A DNA stretch of 61,107 nt, counting the filler, from Sphacelaria rigidula (taxonomy: Eukaryota), in NCBI GenBank assembly GCA_964200075.2. It is 9 parts of 9 records of this genome, joined end to end, with 100 filler letters (N's around TTAATTAATTAA, not from the genome) between each part and the next. Parts side by side here need not be neighbours in the genome. Positions count along the whole stretch, not along the records: positions 20,406 to 27,106 come from CAXNAA020018528.1; positions 27,207 to 33,907 come from CAXNAA020018529.1; positions 34,008 to 40,707 come from CAXNAA020018530.1; 6 more parts are not named here. One strand, given 5' to 3'. Made by a program: the position numbers and the translations under genes. The notes beneath the pieces are model-generated. The model saw only the letters and a list, made by a program, of their open reading frames with translations, did not search any database and was not told the DNA's origin. Positions 21,756 through 35,613 of this stretch are shown in pieces; positions within the stretch are counted from its first letter, which is position 1; every line of letters begins with the position of its first letter.

Positions 21756-24700
21756 AGCTATCGTACGTGCGAGTGGGGATAGTGTGGAACGCGAAACTGA
21801 ATAGAAAATATGTCTGTAATTTTCTTTTCCTCGGCCGCACCGGGTGTGCTTTTAATGTGAAGACAACAACAACAACCGGGTGTCTGTTGTAAAACTAGGG
21901 GTCCGTAACCTCGCCGCAAATTTAGCCTTAGAGTTGTTGCAGCAACGGCAACGAGGCTACATCAGAGGACGAGGTCACTTGCCTCCGGGCACGTATACAG
22001 TGTAGGGTTGATGGCATATCCTGCTAAGTGTCGCAATATATCTTGTAACGACACACACGCTGGTGTATACCGACAGCTGTTGGCATTCATGTATCTATCC
22101 GTTCAGTCAACAGCCAGAACAACAAATGGAGGTCCAGAACGACCTAGGGTAAGATCAAGACAACGAATGAAAGCGCTGCCTCACCCCCTCCAGCTCCGGA
22201 ATGACCTATCGTATATCAAGACTAACGAGAAAGCGCTACTTCTTTCCCTTCAACATGAGCAACATGGCCAGACGAAATACGGCAAGCCCAGTCAACGCAC
22301 CGATCACCAGCGACCTTCAAGACACCGAGGAATCTAGTGCCTGTCCTTGTGTCCAGCGACGGCAACGATGGAGAAATATCCTCGGACTCGCCAAAATGCG
22401 GCGATAAATATTATTTACGTACGTCTAAAACAAGCCTCTGCTGTTTTCCATGTCACCCTGTGCCAGGGCAACGCAACACAAGCAGGCAACATCAGGCATT
22501 GATACAGCCCAAACCACCACCTCGAGAGCCCGAGCGAGATTTACGAGTGGCGAGGTAAGAGTCGAGGTAGATCAAATTGAGGTCTTCGACAGATAAGATG
22601 CCTGTGCTTCCCTCTCTCTTTGCTTATAACGAAGACTAATTCATCGAGTTTTTATCCTGAGCTTGTCCCACATCGTCCCCTCTATTCTATCATAGACTCA
22701 AGTCACTCGTTGTAAGAGGATCCGCCTTCGGAAGCTTGCATTGGAACACGCAGATTTCTGCTCCTAGATCGAAACCGCACACCACACCGCTCATTACAGT
22801 ACCGTAGCGCGTTCGGGCCTAGCATATGCGGGGAATGCTGGTGGTAGCTTTGTCAAATGCTTGTAGACTATTCAGATGTGTGTGTATGGGTGTTTGTGTT
22901 CCCGAATCGTCCCTGCTGTCATGGTGATACGGCGCCCCGGTAATGTAATGGGTTGTGTCGAAATATTTCCCTCGCGTCAGTTTGATACTGGGTGTATCTC
23001 CCCGGATATCTCTCCGGATATATAGCATCGTACTGATACTGCATGTCTGAACACTGGATGTTCTATACTGTACGGTACACCAGTACACAGTACGGAACTC
23101 ATTTTACCGAAATGTGTCTGGTCCTTCTTGTGAAGCGGGTCATTTCGATTTAGTTTGGCTGTGAGGGTCCTACTCTGATTTCTGTCGTGATTTGGTTTAT
23201 TGTGGTTTGTCTTGGAATATAAACGCCTTGTTTGACTTATTGTACGTACAAACGGTATGAAAAGGGGCCGTGAAGGTGATTCATGACGTCTTGGATACAT
23301 CATAACGGGTTACATACGGCGTACCGCTTGTCTATGTTGCTACCATTTGTTTGGCCACCTCTCCAGACCTCCGTCGTGCGAAGGGAAACTAACTCTTGGT
23401 CTTCGGATGAATGCCACTTTTTTTTTGGAATTATTTCAGGCTCCTGTCGTGTTCGAAGTTTGTTCTGCAGCACACAACTCGCTCCAGCCTGAAATCGCTC
23501 TCGCTCGCGTTCGATTTGAGTATATGTCTGTTACGGCAGTACTGCGCACGCAGCACAGTGTAGGTGGCCAAATGAATTCTCGACGTGGTTACACCATAAC
23601 AAGTGTTATGTCTGATCTCCACGGCAGGAAAATTGACACGAGGGGGAAATGTTAGTGTGTTCCTGATGATTGGCCGTCATCGAAACCCGATGCAACCGCA
23701 GAGAACGGCTGCTGTGCGAGACGACAAATGATCCGCTGTTTCCGTGAAATTGGTCGCATTGCTGCGGCTGCTTGCTGGAAGGGTCGGGGTTCAAATGTTG
23801 GGGGGCGTCTGCAAAATATGTGACATTCTCGACCCACTGTTCCGTCCACCCTCTCTGGTTTACACGACGGGAAATGACCATGGGGATCGAAATCACGGTC
23901 TCGGGGGAGGCGGTTGTCTAAGTCTGTATGGCACCGACAGTTGTACGGCATTAACTGCGGACAGTCCGTTGTGCGACAGTAGAGCCAGTGTCGCCCCTCT
24001 ACATAGTTCATTGATGTGTGTTGCGGTGATAGCCCGAATGGCGACGTCGCCCTACAGGACGACCCCACACCCAACATCTTAACCTTGACAGGATTGCTCA
24101 AGCTGCGATCACATCATGGCAGTATGGGCACGCGGAATCCCTATTTGGTCTGTGTTGTGTCGTGCTGACCTAATATTTTCTGTTTCATCATTGATTTGAG
24201 GTAAACACCAGCCGGCGTGAATTTACAAGTATTGTACGGTACAACTAGCAGTTTGAAACCTGCCTGTAGAATTCATCTTGTCAAAATTGGAGAAGGACGC
24301 ACAAGAAGATGGAGGTAGACAGGGGACATGGGTAGCGAGCGTTTTTTTTTTTGTAAATAAGGCTAGCCCTAACCCTAAACCCAACCCAAGATATAACCAG
24401 AACCCTCGGACAAAGGGTGCTTTAGGCAAATGAGCATTTGAAGAGCCCAAACCTACGCCGCAAGCGCCGCGGCGCCTATTTCGACAAATATCGCACTTCA
24501 CGGCAGGTTTCGAAATCAACCGCGACAGGCAAACATGCGAGATATCAAACACCACTGTTTTAAATTTCTGTACAGGTAGTATATCTGATCCCAGGCGCTA
24601 AACAGAGTATTGGAACGAACCAGGGTCGAAATCACGGTTTCGTTGGGGAAGAGGGGTTGATGGGGGCACGTAGACAGTAGATCGTATGCGAGAAGTCACC

Positions 24701-26781
24701 AGAATTGTACGTCGTATATGGAAATTTGAACTATTTTTATCCTGGCTAAGTCGGTGCTTGACCGTCAAGCGTCCACGTTTATGATCTATTTCGAAACGAA
24801 TACTTGTACCTACTGTACTCCATTGTTGTAATGTACAAGTACCCAGGTGAAACGGACGAATGACCCATGACCTGCATCCCGTACTCGTGTTTTCAGTACA
24901 CTGTAGACAGACAATGAGCGATACACCTCACCTCTCCTCCCCGACTACGTGACTAGTTGGCTATCGCACATCAACTGATCCGTATCTGGTACTAATTTTT
25001 GGAATGAATGTGATGCTCATTCCACATTCAGGCTATGGGCTGTGAATGGAAAATATCTCATGTACCGATGTCACATTCATTTCTCTCGTATAGGTAATTG
25101 TTAATCCAAGACCTCGATGGTAGGTGACCTGTTGAATCGGCATCAATTTTTACTTGAAAAAAGTATGCGTGATCCAGATGGACTACCCGCTTCGCGATCT
25201 GAGGGTTGAGCCATGCGCAGGGGGCCTGCCATTCTCCTTTCTCTTCTTGGACTCGTATATGAAATATTATGCAGTTGTAATTGACATATCGTCTGTTTTG
25301 TCCTGTGTTTTGTTCTCCCCTCATTTTTTTTCTTCTTCAGTTGTTCTTGTTTGTGTCATCTTTCCCCGTTATCGATTTTCCCTCAGCGAATGTTCCTCTG
25401 GGTATGTCTCATTTGTATATCACGCAATGTCCAAAGGTTGAAGAGTCGACGTTCGCCGGGTATGGCGTTCACCTTTACCAACAAGTACAACTAACTAGTA
25501 GCGCGGTCGGTCATACCATGAACATTTCATGTAGGCGTACGTTGCGTACTTAGACCGACACTAATGGGAGCCGATCAAAAGTTCTGTTCAAAACTGCCTT
25601 TTTGGCCCTTCTCCGTCGTTTCACGCCTGAAAAGAGGGCTCGGCGGACGTTTACATCTTGGAATTTTTTCTCTACCCATTGAGGGCGCTCCAGGGCAACT
25701 TTGCATTTCCCGTTGGCCGCACCCTCATTTTTGGATAACGCTGATTTTCAACAAAAAATGGTCAAACGATGAAAAAATAGGGGAAAATTTTGATCACCTG
25801 ACCGTTTTCTACTGAAGATCCGTGTTTGGCCTCATTTGGGCAGGAACGAAAGTACAGCCAGCAGGAAATGCAAAGTTGCCCCACAACGGTCTCAACAAGT
25901 AGAGCAAGTCATTCCAAGGCGTCGACATCCGCCTAGCCCTCTTTTCGGGCGTAAATCGACGGAGAAGGGCCCATAGGGCATTTTTCGACGTGACTTTTGA
26001 ACGGCTCCCTTTAGAGTTGGCCTTAGTTCTAGGTTTTTGGTCTGCGGTTTGTATCACTCTGTCCCGCACCTCGTCGCACGACACTTCATCGAATTTTCTC
26101 TGCTGCTCGCGTCCTCAATTTTGAGCTAGCTGAAGATATCCCTGGACATAATCCCTTTTTATTTTCTCGAAAATTAGCGGGCGAAGCCCGCATCACAAAG
26201 TAGACTTCGCACGCACAGATAACGGTAACCCAAAATGAGTTGAAAAAAGCGCGGCTATGGCCAAGTGTTCAAACTCGGCACTCGCCCAAAATTGACGAGC
26301 TGTCCAAAATCAGGCGGAGGACTAGAACATGGGACATGTCCTGTTTCACTACTGTTGTACTGTATCGCAGCAAAAATAAAAATTCACTTTAATCCTTACA
26401 TGTGATGGAGCTTCCACTGCCTGTACTGTTGTGGTGTGTTTACGCATTGCGAAGACGGTTTGGATTGCATCAGCTGCGATATTGTCGTTGTGTTCGTCTC
26501 TGCAGAAAACAGTGTTGGTCGGTGCACAGTGCACACTGAAAAACCTCATGGTGTGTTGACTGTTCCATCTTCCGTAGAATGAACAAGGCGCTATCCGTTG
26601 CTTCGATACTCCTGCCGATGCTGTGCATTGGGACGGTGTACTGTACTACTGTTGTAGTACCATGCTGTGTCTCGTGTATTACACCGTACTATCTATGCTG
26701 TTTTGTGTAAAAACATTCTATGAGATTGGACCGCACGACCACTAGGTTTTAGAGCCATTTTCTGGTCACTCTCAAGTAGAA

Positions 26782-27098
26782 TGTGTGTGTCCTTGTCCCA
26801 TATGTGGGCGCATCAGCCGGGGTCACACAGGAGGAAGGTAAACACAGGAGTTTTATTTATTTATTCATTGGTACTTTTTCTTCCTTCTGCGATGCTTGCC
26901 CTTTTTCTTGTCGCGAGAGGAGTTCAGCAGTCTCTTTCCCTAGTCGACCGTTACGTCGACGTCTGTGTACCCACGACATAGTCGCTCTCCACTGTTGGGC
27001 ATGATGTGAGAAAAAATCCCAGATCGCTCCGAGAATTGAAGCCACGATCGGACCCTCAGAGGGTTTTTTGGTTACCTACTGTGCCACCGCGGCGACCG
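26782..27098 (-). mobile_element. tRNA-derived SINE; 3' partial copies at 42808-43101 (-) and ~20570-20662 (+)
   Basis: Minus-strand head CGGTCGCCGCGGTGGCACAGTAGG with A-box-like 27086-27075 and degenerate B-box GCTTCAATTC at 27042-27033; shared body CCGGGGTCACACAGGAGGAAGG and (CA)n tail. Confidence 0.75.
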
Positions 27099-27106
27099 AC
27101 AGTATT

Positions 27107-27206
27107 NNNNNNNNNNNNNNNNNNNNNNNNNNNNNNNNNNNNNNNNNNNNTTAATTAATTAANNNNNNNNNNNNNNNNNNNNNNNNNNNNNNNNNNNNNN
27201 NNNNNN
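27107..27206. other. Artificial contig linker
   Basis: N44-TTAATTAATTAA-N44. Confidence 0.99.
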
Positions 27207-27430
27207 AGGAAACCAAACTCTACAGACCCGGAGGGCCGCGCACCCCTCCGGAGGAATTTGGGGGTATGCGCGGCCCTCCAGAGGCAAAAAAAAGCCTCCA
27301 AAGGCGTTTAACCCCTCTGGAGGAAACCATAGAATCTCCTGTGGAGGGTCGCGCACCCCTTCGGAGGCATTTAATTCCTCTGGAGGCTCGAAAAGTTCAC
27401 CCACCTGGAGGAATTTTGGAGGTAGCCACT
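27207..27430. repeat. Cluster of palindromic CCTCYRGAGG motifs, probably the subterminal repeats of a DNA transposon end
   Basis: CCTCCGGAGG, CCTCCAGAGG, CCTCTGGAGG and variants recur every ~20-35 bp; cluster ends in GGAGGTAGCCACTG (reverse complement CAGTGGCTACCTCC, hAT-like terminus). Confidence 0.6.
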
Positions 27431-28612
27431 GGGCCGCGTGTGCACCGTTACGGTACAGTAGTAGTAGTGAAAGGGCTATCCGAGTAGCGTACCGCTTCTA
27501 CGTGAGGTTTCACGACGAAATGACGCACATACACCCCGCCAACATTGAAAAATCCACAATTCTACCTTACAAGCAGCAATGTGGCGGCCGAATTCGGATC
27601 CTGTCTTATCGTCGGCAAGGAGGGGCACCGTCCAGGACTCGCCTTGCGTCGCTTCGTCTACAATACAACTCGTCCCGTCGTGATGAAATCGTGATCGGTT
27701 GAATCAGTATCCTCGCGGTGCTGCGCAAATACTGCAGCTCCAGAGGCGCTACTCTTAATCACACCTTACAGCTCAGTCTTGAGAGGACACAAGTGTAACA
27801 TTTCCGTGCCAATCACGACCCACGTCCAACTGTTGTGGAGCTGACTGCAAAGCTGCGAAGCGCACCGGTGCTTCACGACTGCACAAACGCCTCGTTACAG
27901 TCACGACCATGCTCGATGGCGAAACGGCGAAACTGGTGTATTGTACACTCGATACCACAACTATGATGCTATGGACACGACCCAGCGACTGTTAGCACGA
28001 CATCTCTAGTGATGTCATCGGGGTACCAATTTTTTAGATCTGACTTGCTCAGTCTCATAGGCCAAGCTTTGCGTCGTCTATGCCGACTACTTCTTGTATA
28101 ATATGTCGATGTCAGGTACGATATGGAAGGAGTTAGTATAACAAACACGCTAGCGCGATTTTGGAGGAATTCAGCAAGGTCTGTTGTAACGAAAGTGATA
28201 ACCTCTTGGAAGCACCGACCATTTTAGACTCTGGGATTCAGTGTGGAGCGCTCAGGCAAGGATGAAGCTTAAGCATCTGGAGTCAGCTCTATCTTCCGTT
28301 ACCAAGTACAGCGATATGGGTGCCGATAACGTCAACATCGAGCTGGAGCAGTACAGGTAGGTCAGTTGTTATACTGTACTGCTGTCTGCTGCACTGTTTT
28401 CGACTGTACCATACCGTCCGTCTGCAGTGTACCCATGTACCCACAGTATGCTGCATCATTGTAACATTGTACTGTCTGCCCTGTGTTCTTCTTGACGTCC
28501 ACCTACATGCAGCGGTAAGGTACAGTGCTGTTTGTTCTGTACTGTTGTCTTAAACACTCTGTGCGCTGTGTACTGCAGTAGCGCCAGTAGCTCTGGCATA
28601 CTTTGTATAAGT

Positions 28613-29277
28613 CAAGGTTGTGTTCTGGAGGGTACGATTTTCTGTTTACCCGGGTATTTTGCCGGGTATTTACCGTACCCGACAATTCTGTGACTTCTGT
28701 AAGACTGTCATACCGGCACCCGAAATTTCTGCAATCTCTGTGCGTCTCCCGTACCGTTACTGGGGGGCACGGGTACGCCTTGACCAGATACCTGATTGCG
28801 GGTGCGGTTTTCTGTGCATACTCCATACCCTACCGGACAGTTCGTGTGAGCTCTGTAAACCCCTCATACCCTTACGCGTCCGTTCTATGAGCTCTGTACA
28901 CAATGTTTACCCGTACCCGGAGTGCGGGTATGCTCTTGAAGGAATACCCGATTGCAGGTACCGTTTTTTTGTAGTCCTTCCATACCGTACCCGACAAGTT
29001 CTGTAATTTCTGTGAGACGCGGGTATGCTCTTGAAGGAATACCCGATTGCCGGCACCGTTTTTTTGTAAGCCTTCCATACCGTACCCAACAAGTGCTGTG
29101 ATTTCTGTGAGACTTTCATCCAGTACCGATACCCGACAGTTGTGTGAGCTCTGTAAGCCTCCCATACCCCTACCCGGGGTTAGGGTATACCGTGATGGAT
29201 ATACCCAAATGCAGGTATGAGCACAGGTATATACCTTGAGAACGTACGGATATAACTTCAATCCAAACACAACCTCA
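28613..29277. mobile_element. Non-autonomous DNA transposon with internal TACCGTACCCG/GGGTA motif repeats; truncated second copy at ~29879-30030
   Basis: AGGTTGTGTT / AACACAACCT TIRs; internal ~94-bp tandem GGGTATGCTCTTGAAGGAATACCCGATTGC; the same left end recurs at 29879. Confidence 0.75.
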
Positions 29278-30111
29278 CGACCTGAACATATACCTCCCAT
29301 CGATCAACTCACCCAACTCGTTCATTCAAAATTGCACACCAACAATAATTCAATGTTGAAAAGTTCTTCAGATTGGGATCTGACGGGATACGAGGTACCA
29401 CTGCGTGGAAACATAAAACATCAGCAGCACTGCAGACGGTCAGGATGGATCACCCCCAGACTCTAGTGGTGGCTCGAGCGAGGGCTGTTCATCTGCGCCA
29501 CCAGGGGATCAAGTAGCAAGACGCACGTCATCGACGTTGATGGTGGTTGTGTCGTGGTCATCAAACCCCAGGCCGTTGTCGACATGTACAGCACAGGCTA
29601 TAAACTGCCACCGAAAGTCGTCGAGGCCGTCGGCGATTTTGTCGCGTGCCGAAGGGCTTCCAGAGAACGGGCGGCCGTGAATGCTCCTTCATGTACTCTC
29701 TAGGAGTGTACGTGAAGCCGATAGATGTTGACGATCCAGTGCACACGTACTACTGCGATTGTTCGTGTCGTCTTTCTCTCTCAACCCAGTGAAGCCGTTC
29801 AGAGTTTTCGTGAACTGTCATCTATATTTCGTCACTATTGTAGCGACGTAGGTCCCACCACAGGGGTGATGATAATACCAAGGTCGTGTTCTGTAGGGTA
29901 TATTTTTCCGTATACCCGGGGAATTTCGCCGGGTATTTACCGTACCCGACAGTTCTGTAAGCCTCCCGTACCGTTACCGGGGGACACGGGTATGCTCTTC
30001 ATGAGATACCCGGTTACGGGTACGATTTTTCTGGTAGGGTTCCAGTGCGTCACCCCCACGCACAACGCACGACCTTTTTTTCCCCCTCAAACGTGGTAAT
30101 AGGCTCAGCTA

Positions 30112-31748
30112 CAACACGGAAGAGGAGAGCTTGTGAGTACCCTTTTTCGTATGCAACCGGGGAGGGTACACCCCACTCTCTGCAACAAATGCTTCTTGCA
30201 CTTTTTTGTTAACGTGTGTACCCTTTAATGATCAAGTGCATGCCTTTCTTTACCCTTCTTTGTAAAGTGATGACCGTACCGCCGGCTCCGCAGAAGAGAC
30301 AGGCCAGGCCGCCCAAGATGCGAACAAGATTGTTGACACGCGAGTCCCGGGTTAAATTTTGAGTCGTTTTTGATGAAGTTTTGACACGATGTACAGGACA
30401 CATGTACAAAGACCCCTTCCTTCCCCCCCCTATATTTTTTTCTTCGTGAGTTATTGACAATTTTGTCCCGGAAAACTATTCTGAAATGTTCCGTCGCCAA
30501 TAACTCACGAAGAAGAAGAAGAAAAACACGGGAGGAAAGAAGGAAGAAGAGGTATCTGCACATATGTCCTGTATTGTATATCATGTCAAAATTTCATCGA
30601 AAGCGACTCAAAATTGATCTCGGGAATCGCGCTATTCTCTTGAAATCCGGGTCTTATATGGAGATGAAAGCTCAGCCGGAACTTCGCCTTTGACTTGTCT
30701 TCTTCAACTTTCGGCTCAGAGGTCTCCACAAACCGCTCGTTGGTTCGCACACTACCACCAGACGCCTTGGCGCTCGTCTGCGTGCCATCTTAAACACTGC
30801 GCGCCTAGTGCAACATGTGTTGTTGCTTGTGCGGTACCACGCGGCACAACCGACTGTAACCGAAAATCCAATTTCAGCCGTTTTTTTGGCTAATTCCGCC
30901 GCACATGGTACCGTCAACTCTGTACACTTCGCACTTGACTACGTTTGGTATTTTGTGTGATGGTACCTTGTCGGATCGCAGTGCTACACGGATTTGAAGA
31001 CGCGCGCTGATTTGCCGATTACCACGATGTGTCATATTAGGCACAATTCACGATACATCGTCACTTAGAACGGGCTGAAGGAAAGTAAGCTTCTTAGGCG
31101 GCACAGCCTGTACGCCGAACAGTCACAAGCATTTCCATTTTTTGTAAAACACGCCCCGCCAAAACGCCGAAACCCAACGACCAATAAATTTTAGCCCCCT
31201 ACTGGTTGCCCCGCAGACCCGGAAGATCCGACGATGCAGACAGGGCGCGAACGCTTTTATGCTGGAGCTCACAGAGATCCAGCGAATATATGTGAAATAA
31301 TATTGCCGACACACACACGCCCGAACGGCACCATGTGGCGTCATCATGTGGAACATCAGACCGCTGCGGGATGTGCAATTTGCCGTTGAATCTCTGTGAG
31401 CTCCGGCACAAAAGTGTTCGCGCCCTGTCTGCATCGTCGGACCTTCCGGGTCTGCAGGTCAACCAGCAGAGGGTTACGATTTCCTGGTCGTTGGATTTCG
31501 GCGTTTCTGCTGGGGTGTGATTTCACAAAAATGGGTATGGTTGTGACTGTTCGGCGTATCTTCTGCGGAGCCGGCGGTACGGTCACCACTTCACGAAAAA
31601 GGGTAGAGGAAGGCATGCACTTGATCATTAAAGGGTGCACACGTTAACAAAAAAGTGTGAGAGATTTTTTTTCCGCAGAGAGTAGGGTGTACCCTCCCGC
31701 TTTGCATACGAAAAAGGGTACTTTCACAGGCTCTCTTTTTCCGCGTCG
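30112..31748. mobile_element. 1.64-kb non-autonomous TA-targeting (Tc1/mariner-like) element with ~190-bp TIRs and two internal inverted repeats
   Basis: 30112-30297 is the reverse complement of 31559-31748; TA on both flanks (30110-11, 31749-50); inner IRs 30346-30456/30498-30624 and 31135-31284/31384-31534. Confidence 0.8.
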
Positions 31749-33907
31749 TAGTTTTAGCGTGATACTACGTGTGCAAAAAAATTTGGCCGGGCATGCTGCC
31801 TAGAGACCTTGTGCGTGGGGCTGACGCGCTGAAATGTGTTTCCGAGTTGTTCAGCCCGCGTGCAGCGCCGCGCCCCAAACCGCAAAATGCGTTACCCTTT
31901 TTTGTTCCAAAAATATAAGGGTACATAATTTTTTGTATATGGCCCTTTTTTATCCGGGGACAATTGATCAACACTATGATCGTCCATTTTAGCTGTTCCG
32001 AATTTCTGTCCGCCGTCGTCCGAGCGAGTTATTGGCAGCTGGCTAGTAGAGTAAGGTTGTAGGCATAGATGGCCATCAGATGGGCATGGGCGGTTAGCAA
32101 GATATGCTTGCTAGCCAGATTTGCCCACAGACTGAAACTGCTGGCCAATAGTCGTACAGCAGATTTCTGCCATGGTTGAGGGAGACGGGTGCACATCGTT
32201 TTACTTCACACATCACTCAATTGCGCGACGGTTTGTGATATTTTTTTGCCACCACGACTGCACGGCTGTCGCGTTCACGGTCATTGCTTATGATGATCTC
32301 TACGCGTCACGGCTGACGTATCCGGCCATGGCTCAGGCCAGGAGGATTTTGGCACTGAGCACATGCACGCGACGGGTCTTTCGACCCTAACGCCGCTGTC
32401 TCTGTAGGCGTTTTCTCGCCAACACAACAGCTAATCCAGACACTCCCCCAAAGCCCGTCTGACTGCCTCCACCTACGGCGTGGGCGGTCGGAGGGCCAAT
32501 CCTTTTACCACTCGGATCTCTAGTTATTTACTAAACGGGCGGGCTCTTTTAAGGAGGCTCGCAAAAGTTGGTTTATGAAAGGCAGCCCCTACACAAGGAA
32601 GGCCGTTCCCATGTAGGTGCCACGCGTCATTGTACTTCGTGCACGGGCCACGGGCGGAGCACATTGCCGTATTGTAGCAATGCAACAAATGAGCACAGCG
32701 GTAATCGCACCACCAGTAGACGTCGTTATGGGTGTATGAAGTACACGTGGTCATGGATGTCTCAAGATATCAGCGCACACAGCAGAATTATCATGAATTG
32801 GAAAATGTGCACCTACCACTCTCGACCATGGTAGAAGGCTGCTGCTGCACGCCTATTGGCTGAAAATTTAGCGGTCGCACAACTCCTGCAACCCCCCCGT
32901 GTCGTTTGGCGTCACTGCGGAGTTGGTTGTCCCTATAAAGACACAGTAGCATTCAAGATAAAATTGTCTTCAATCTTCAGTTTGTCGATGAAACATGTCA
33001 CGGTTAGGACAAATCATCACGACTAAGAATCACCAAATCCACGATTTCTTCGGCCTGATTGNNNNNNNNNNGTGTACCTGGTTTGCAACGCTGAAAACAA
33101 AACCTAGGGATTGATTCGTACGAGTCGAATCAATTATACTAAAACCAAGTGATTTCCAGACGAATAATTATTTGTCCGATCCTTGAAACTTTGATCATTA
33201 CACGTTTGATTTGGTTTGCGTTGCTCACAAGAGCCAGACGCCCCGTTCGATCTTGCGATCCTGCCGAGGGTCCCTATCAGCGTCGAGGAGACCCGGGATT
33301 TGTCCCTTTGAATTTTGCGCGCTCTGTGTTTTGCCTTGCTTTCACTCCATCAGTCTAGTGCCCTGTTTCATTAAATGACGAAACGCCGCGCGTCACGAGG
33401 TGCCCGTGGTTCATGTTTGTCAATTCGAGCCCGCCGGTGTTCTGGAAGGCGCTACTAAGGTCGAGCACGTGCAGCAGATGTGCAGGCAAACTATTTTGTC
33501 CCCCGGATATAAGAATCACGAAACCGCAGACACTTGATTCGCTGAGGACCTTACAACGAATGATATACGACACCCACGTTTTGGGCAGGTGGAGCGAGGC
33601 TGAGAGCTTCATTAGAATGGCTGTCCATGTTTTGGATCTTGCACCGAATTGTGGCTTCATCCTTCCAGAAAAAACTCCTGCGCTCTCCCAATCATCGTAC
33701 CCACAGCGCTCGCTGCATACGCTGCTCAGCTGGAGGAATGGCTGTACCTTAGAGCGGCGGAATAAAGCCAAACGCTCATGCCTGGTCGAGAAAATCGACC
33801 ATCCCGTCAAGCGGTGGCACATGAGTGAAGATTGAGCTACATACTGATTTTCACTGGAACTCACTGGAGCTCATTTGTTTTCGGGGGGGGGGGGGGGGGG
33901 GGGCGGG

Positions 33908-34007
33908 NNNNNNNNNNNNNNNNNNNNNNNNNNNNNNNNNNNNNNNNNNNNTTAATTAATTAANNNNNNNNNNNNNNNNNNNNNNNNNNNNNNNNNNNNN
34001 NNNNNNN
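33908..34007. other. Artificial contig linker
   Basis: N44-TTAATTAATTAA-N44. Confidence 0.99.
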
Positions 34008-35613
34008 CAGGGGGTTCACCTCTACAAAGCCGGGACGGAGCACGCCGGGTTCTCGCCGGACCAGGCTGAAGGGGGGGGTATTTTTGGCCGTTTTCCTCCA
34101 CGAAATTCCACATCAATCGCCGTTGAAAGCAGCCAACAGTTGTCCGAACGCGCTTGCTCCCGATAAATAACGCTGATTTATTCTGCTTTTCACCGCTTTT
34201 GCTCAAAAACGAGCGCACCGCGAGTGTTTTAGGTCGTTTGACCATATATGACTCCGGGTACACTTTTTTTTTCGCCATAGCCTACTTTAGTTGGTCCTTC
34301 CTGAGGTGCCCCGTAGACTGGAATGCCAGATACCCCTCCAACCCCCGCCGGTGGGAGAATTCCAAGTTTTAGATATGTTCAAGTGAGAAAGAAGACCACA
34401 CAGAGTCCAAGAAGATGCCCATGCCAACAACTAATGCGAGTAGTTCGCGAGGCAAGTCAAAGGCGGGTATAAACCTCAATCAATGTTGTATCGAACGCGC
34501 ATCTGACACACTAGAATGATCCTTTTCCTTCCGGTTTCATGCAGGAGGTACACGTGGCTATTGATCAGACGAGAAGATTACTCCCATTTGCTTGCAGGTT
34601 GACTGATCCTCATTTGTTGCTCTCTCGCACTGGATTGATCACCGATATCATGCTGAAACTATCCGTCATATCACACGGAATGCGTTTTCATTATTGAAAC
34701 AGTCGCAGGGCACCTCACGGGTAGGCTCTACATATTAAATGAGTTTCCGCACAATGCACTGTGGCCACCCATGCATCGATCAACTGCTCTGTGCGCTGAG
34801 GCCTCAAGGGTCAGCAAGAGGACAGCTGCACACGGCAACTCGGTGTTGATATGCGGGTGGCCACTGGACACCTTACAGGTACGTTGTGAAATAGGTACAA
34901 ATCTACTCGTAAGGTTCCAGTGGCCACCCGCCTTTCATGCAACAGGCAACAACAATCGGTCACAAAGTAGGAAGACTACGATGAGGCGTGAAGAATTCAT
35001 GTTGGATGTATTGATGCTCAAGGGGAAAATGAGTTTTTTATCCGGTTAAAAGGTATTGTTGTAGATTCGTCGACATTCCATGTTACCAATACATCAGTCC
35101 AACGTGTACGCTAAACACGCAGCGAGGTACATCGAAAGACTGCTTTTATTTTGATATCGGGGACAACAGTCAAAACGCTTTTGGCTGTTTGAATATCCCA
35201 GCACAATAAGGTGCGACATAACCCTCTCATTTACTGTCAACCTATCCGTTGAATGGCTGGTTAATGTGATTTCGGGAAATGTGCGGGATTAGCATTTGAG
35301 TAACGGTGTGGAGCTGAGTTTTGCCGCGCGCACAATCAGTCGATTTCGCTCTCGCTCTCGAGGAATACGAGGATCTACAAAACGAGGCACCATTAACACT
35401 AGGGCTACCTTCGTTGTACTTCGCCGCCTTTAACGAGTTTTGTCCCGGTTGGAAAGAGCTTATACGCAGCTCCACCGTCGCTCTGTGCGCACTTGCCCAC
35501 TGTTGGATCACTTGCGTTTTATTTCTCGCCTTTTGGCAGCTTCACATACAGAGTCAGCCGATAAATTCCAACATTCATCGCAGGGAGAAATTCTTGTCTT
35601 AGTACCGCTGTTT

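Noticed and set aside
21885..22798. Possible solo LTR (TGTAA...TTACA)
   Set aside because: No matching 4-6-bp TSD and no second copy, PBS or PPT
23660..23700. Hammerhead-like CTGATGA...GAAA core
   Set aside because: Stem II does not pair and no stems I/III are evident
27030..27098. tRNA gene
   Set aside because: The B box is degenerate, no cloverleaf forms and it is fused to a multi-copy body with a (CA)n tail, so it is a SINE head
28613..29277. Repeat/spacer-like pattern suggesting a CRISPR array (also 27207-27430, 45756-46282, 53850-54033)
   Set aside because: Repeats are degenerate, irregularly spaced, lack unique spacers and lie inside TIR-bounded or LTR elements; no cas genes; eukaryotic context
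33355..33864. 169-aa and 140-aa overlapping ORFs
   Set aside because: No recognisable motif, splice context or homologue in the window
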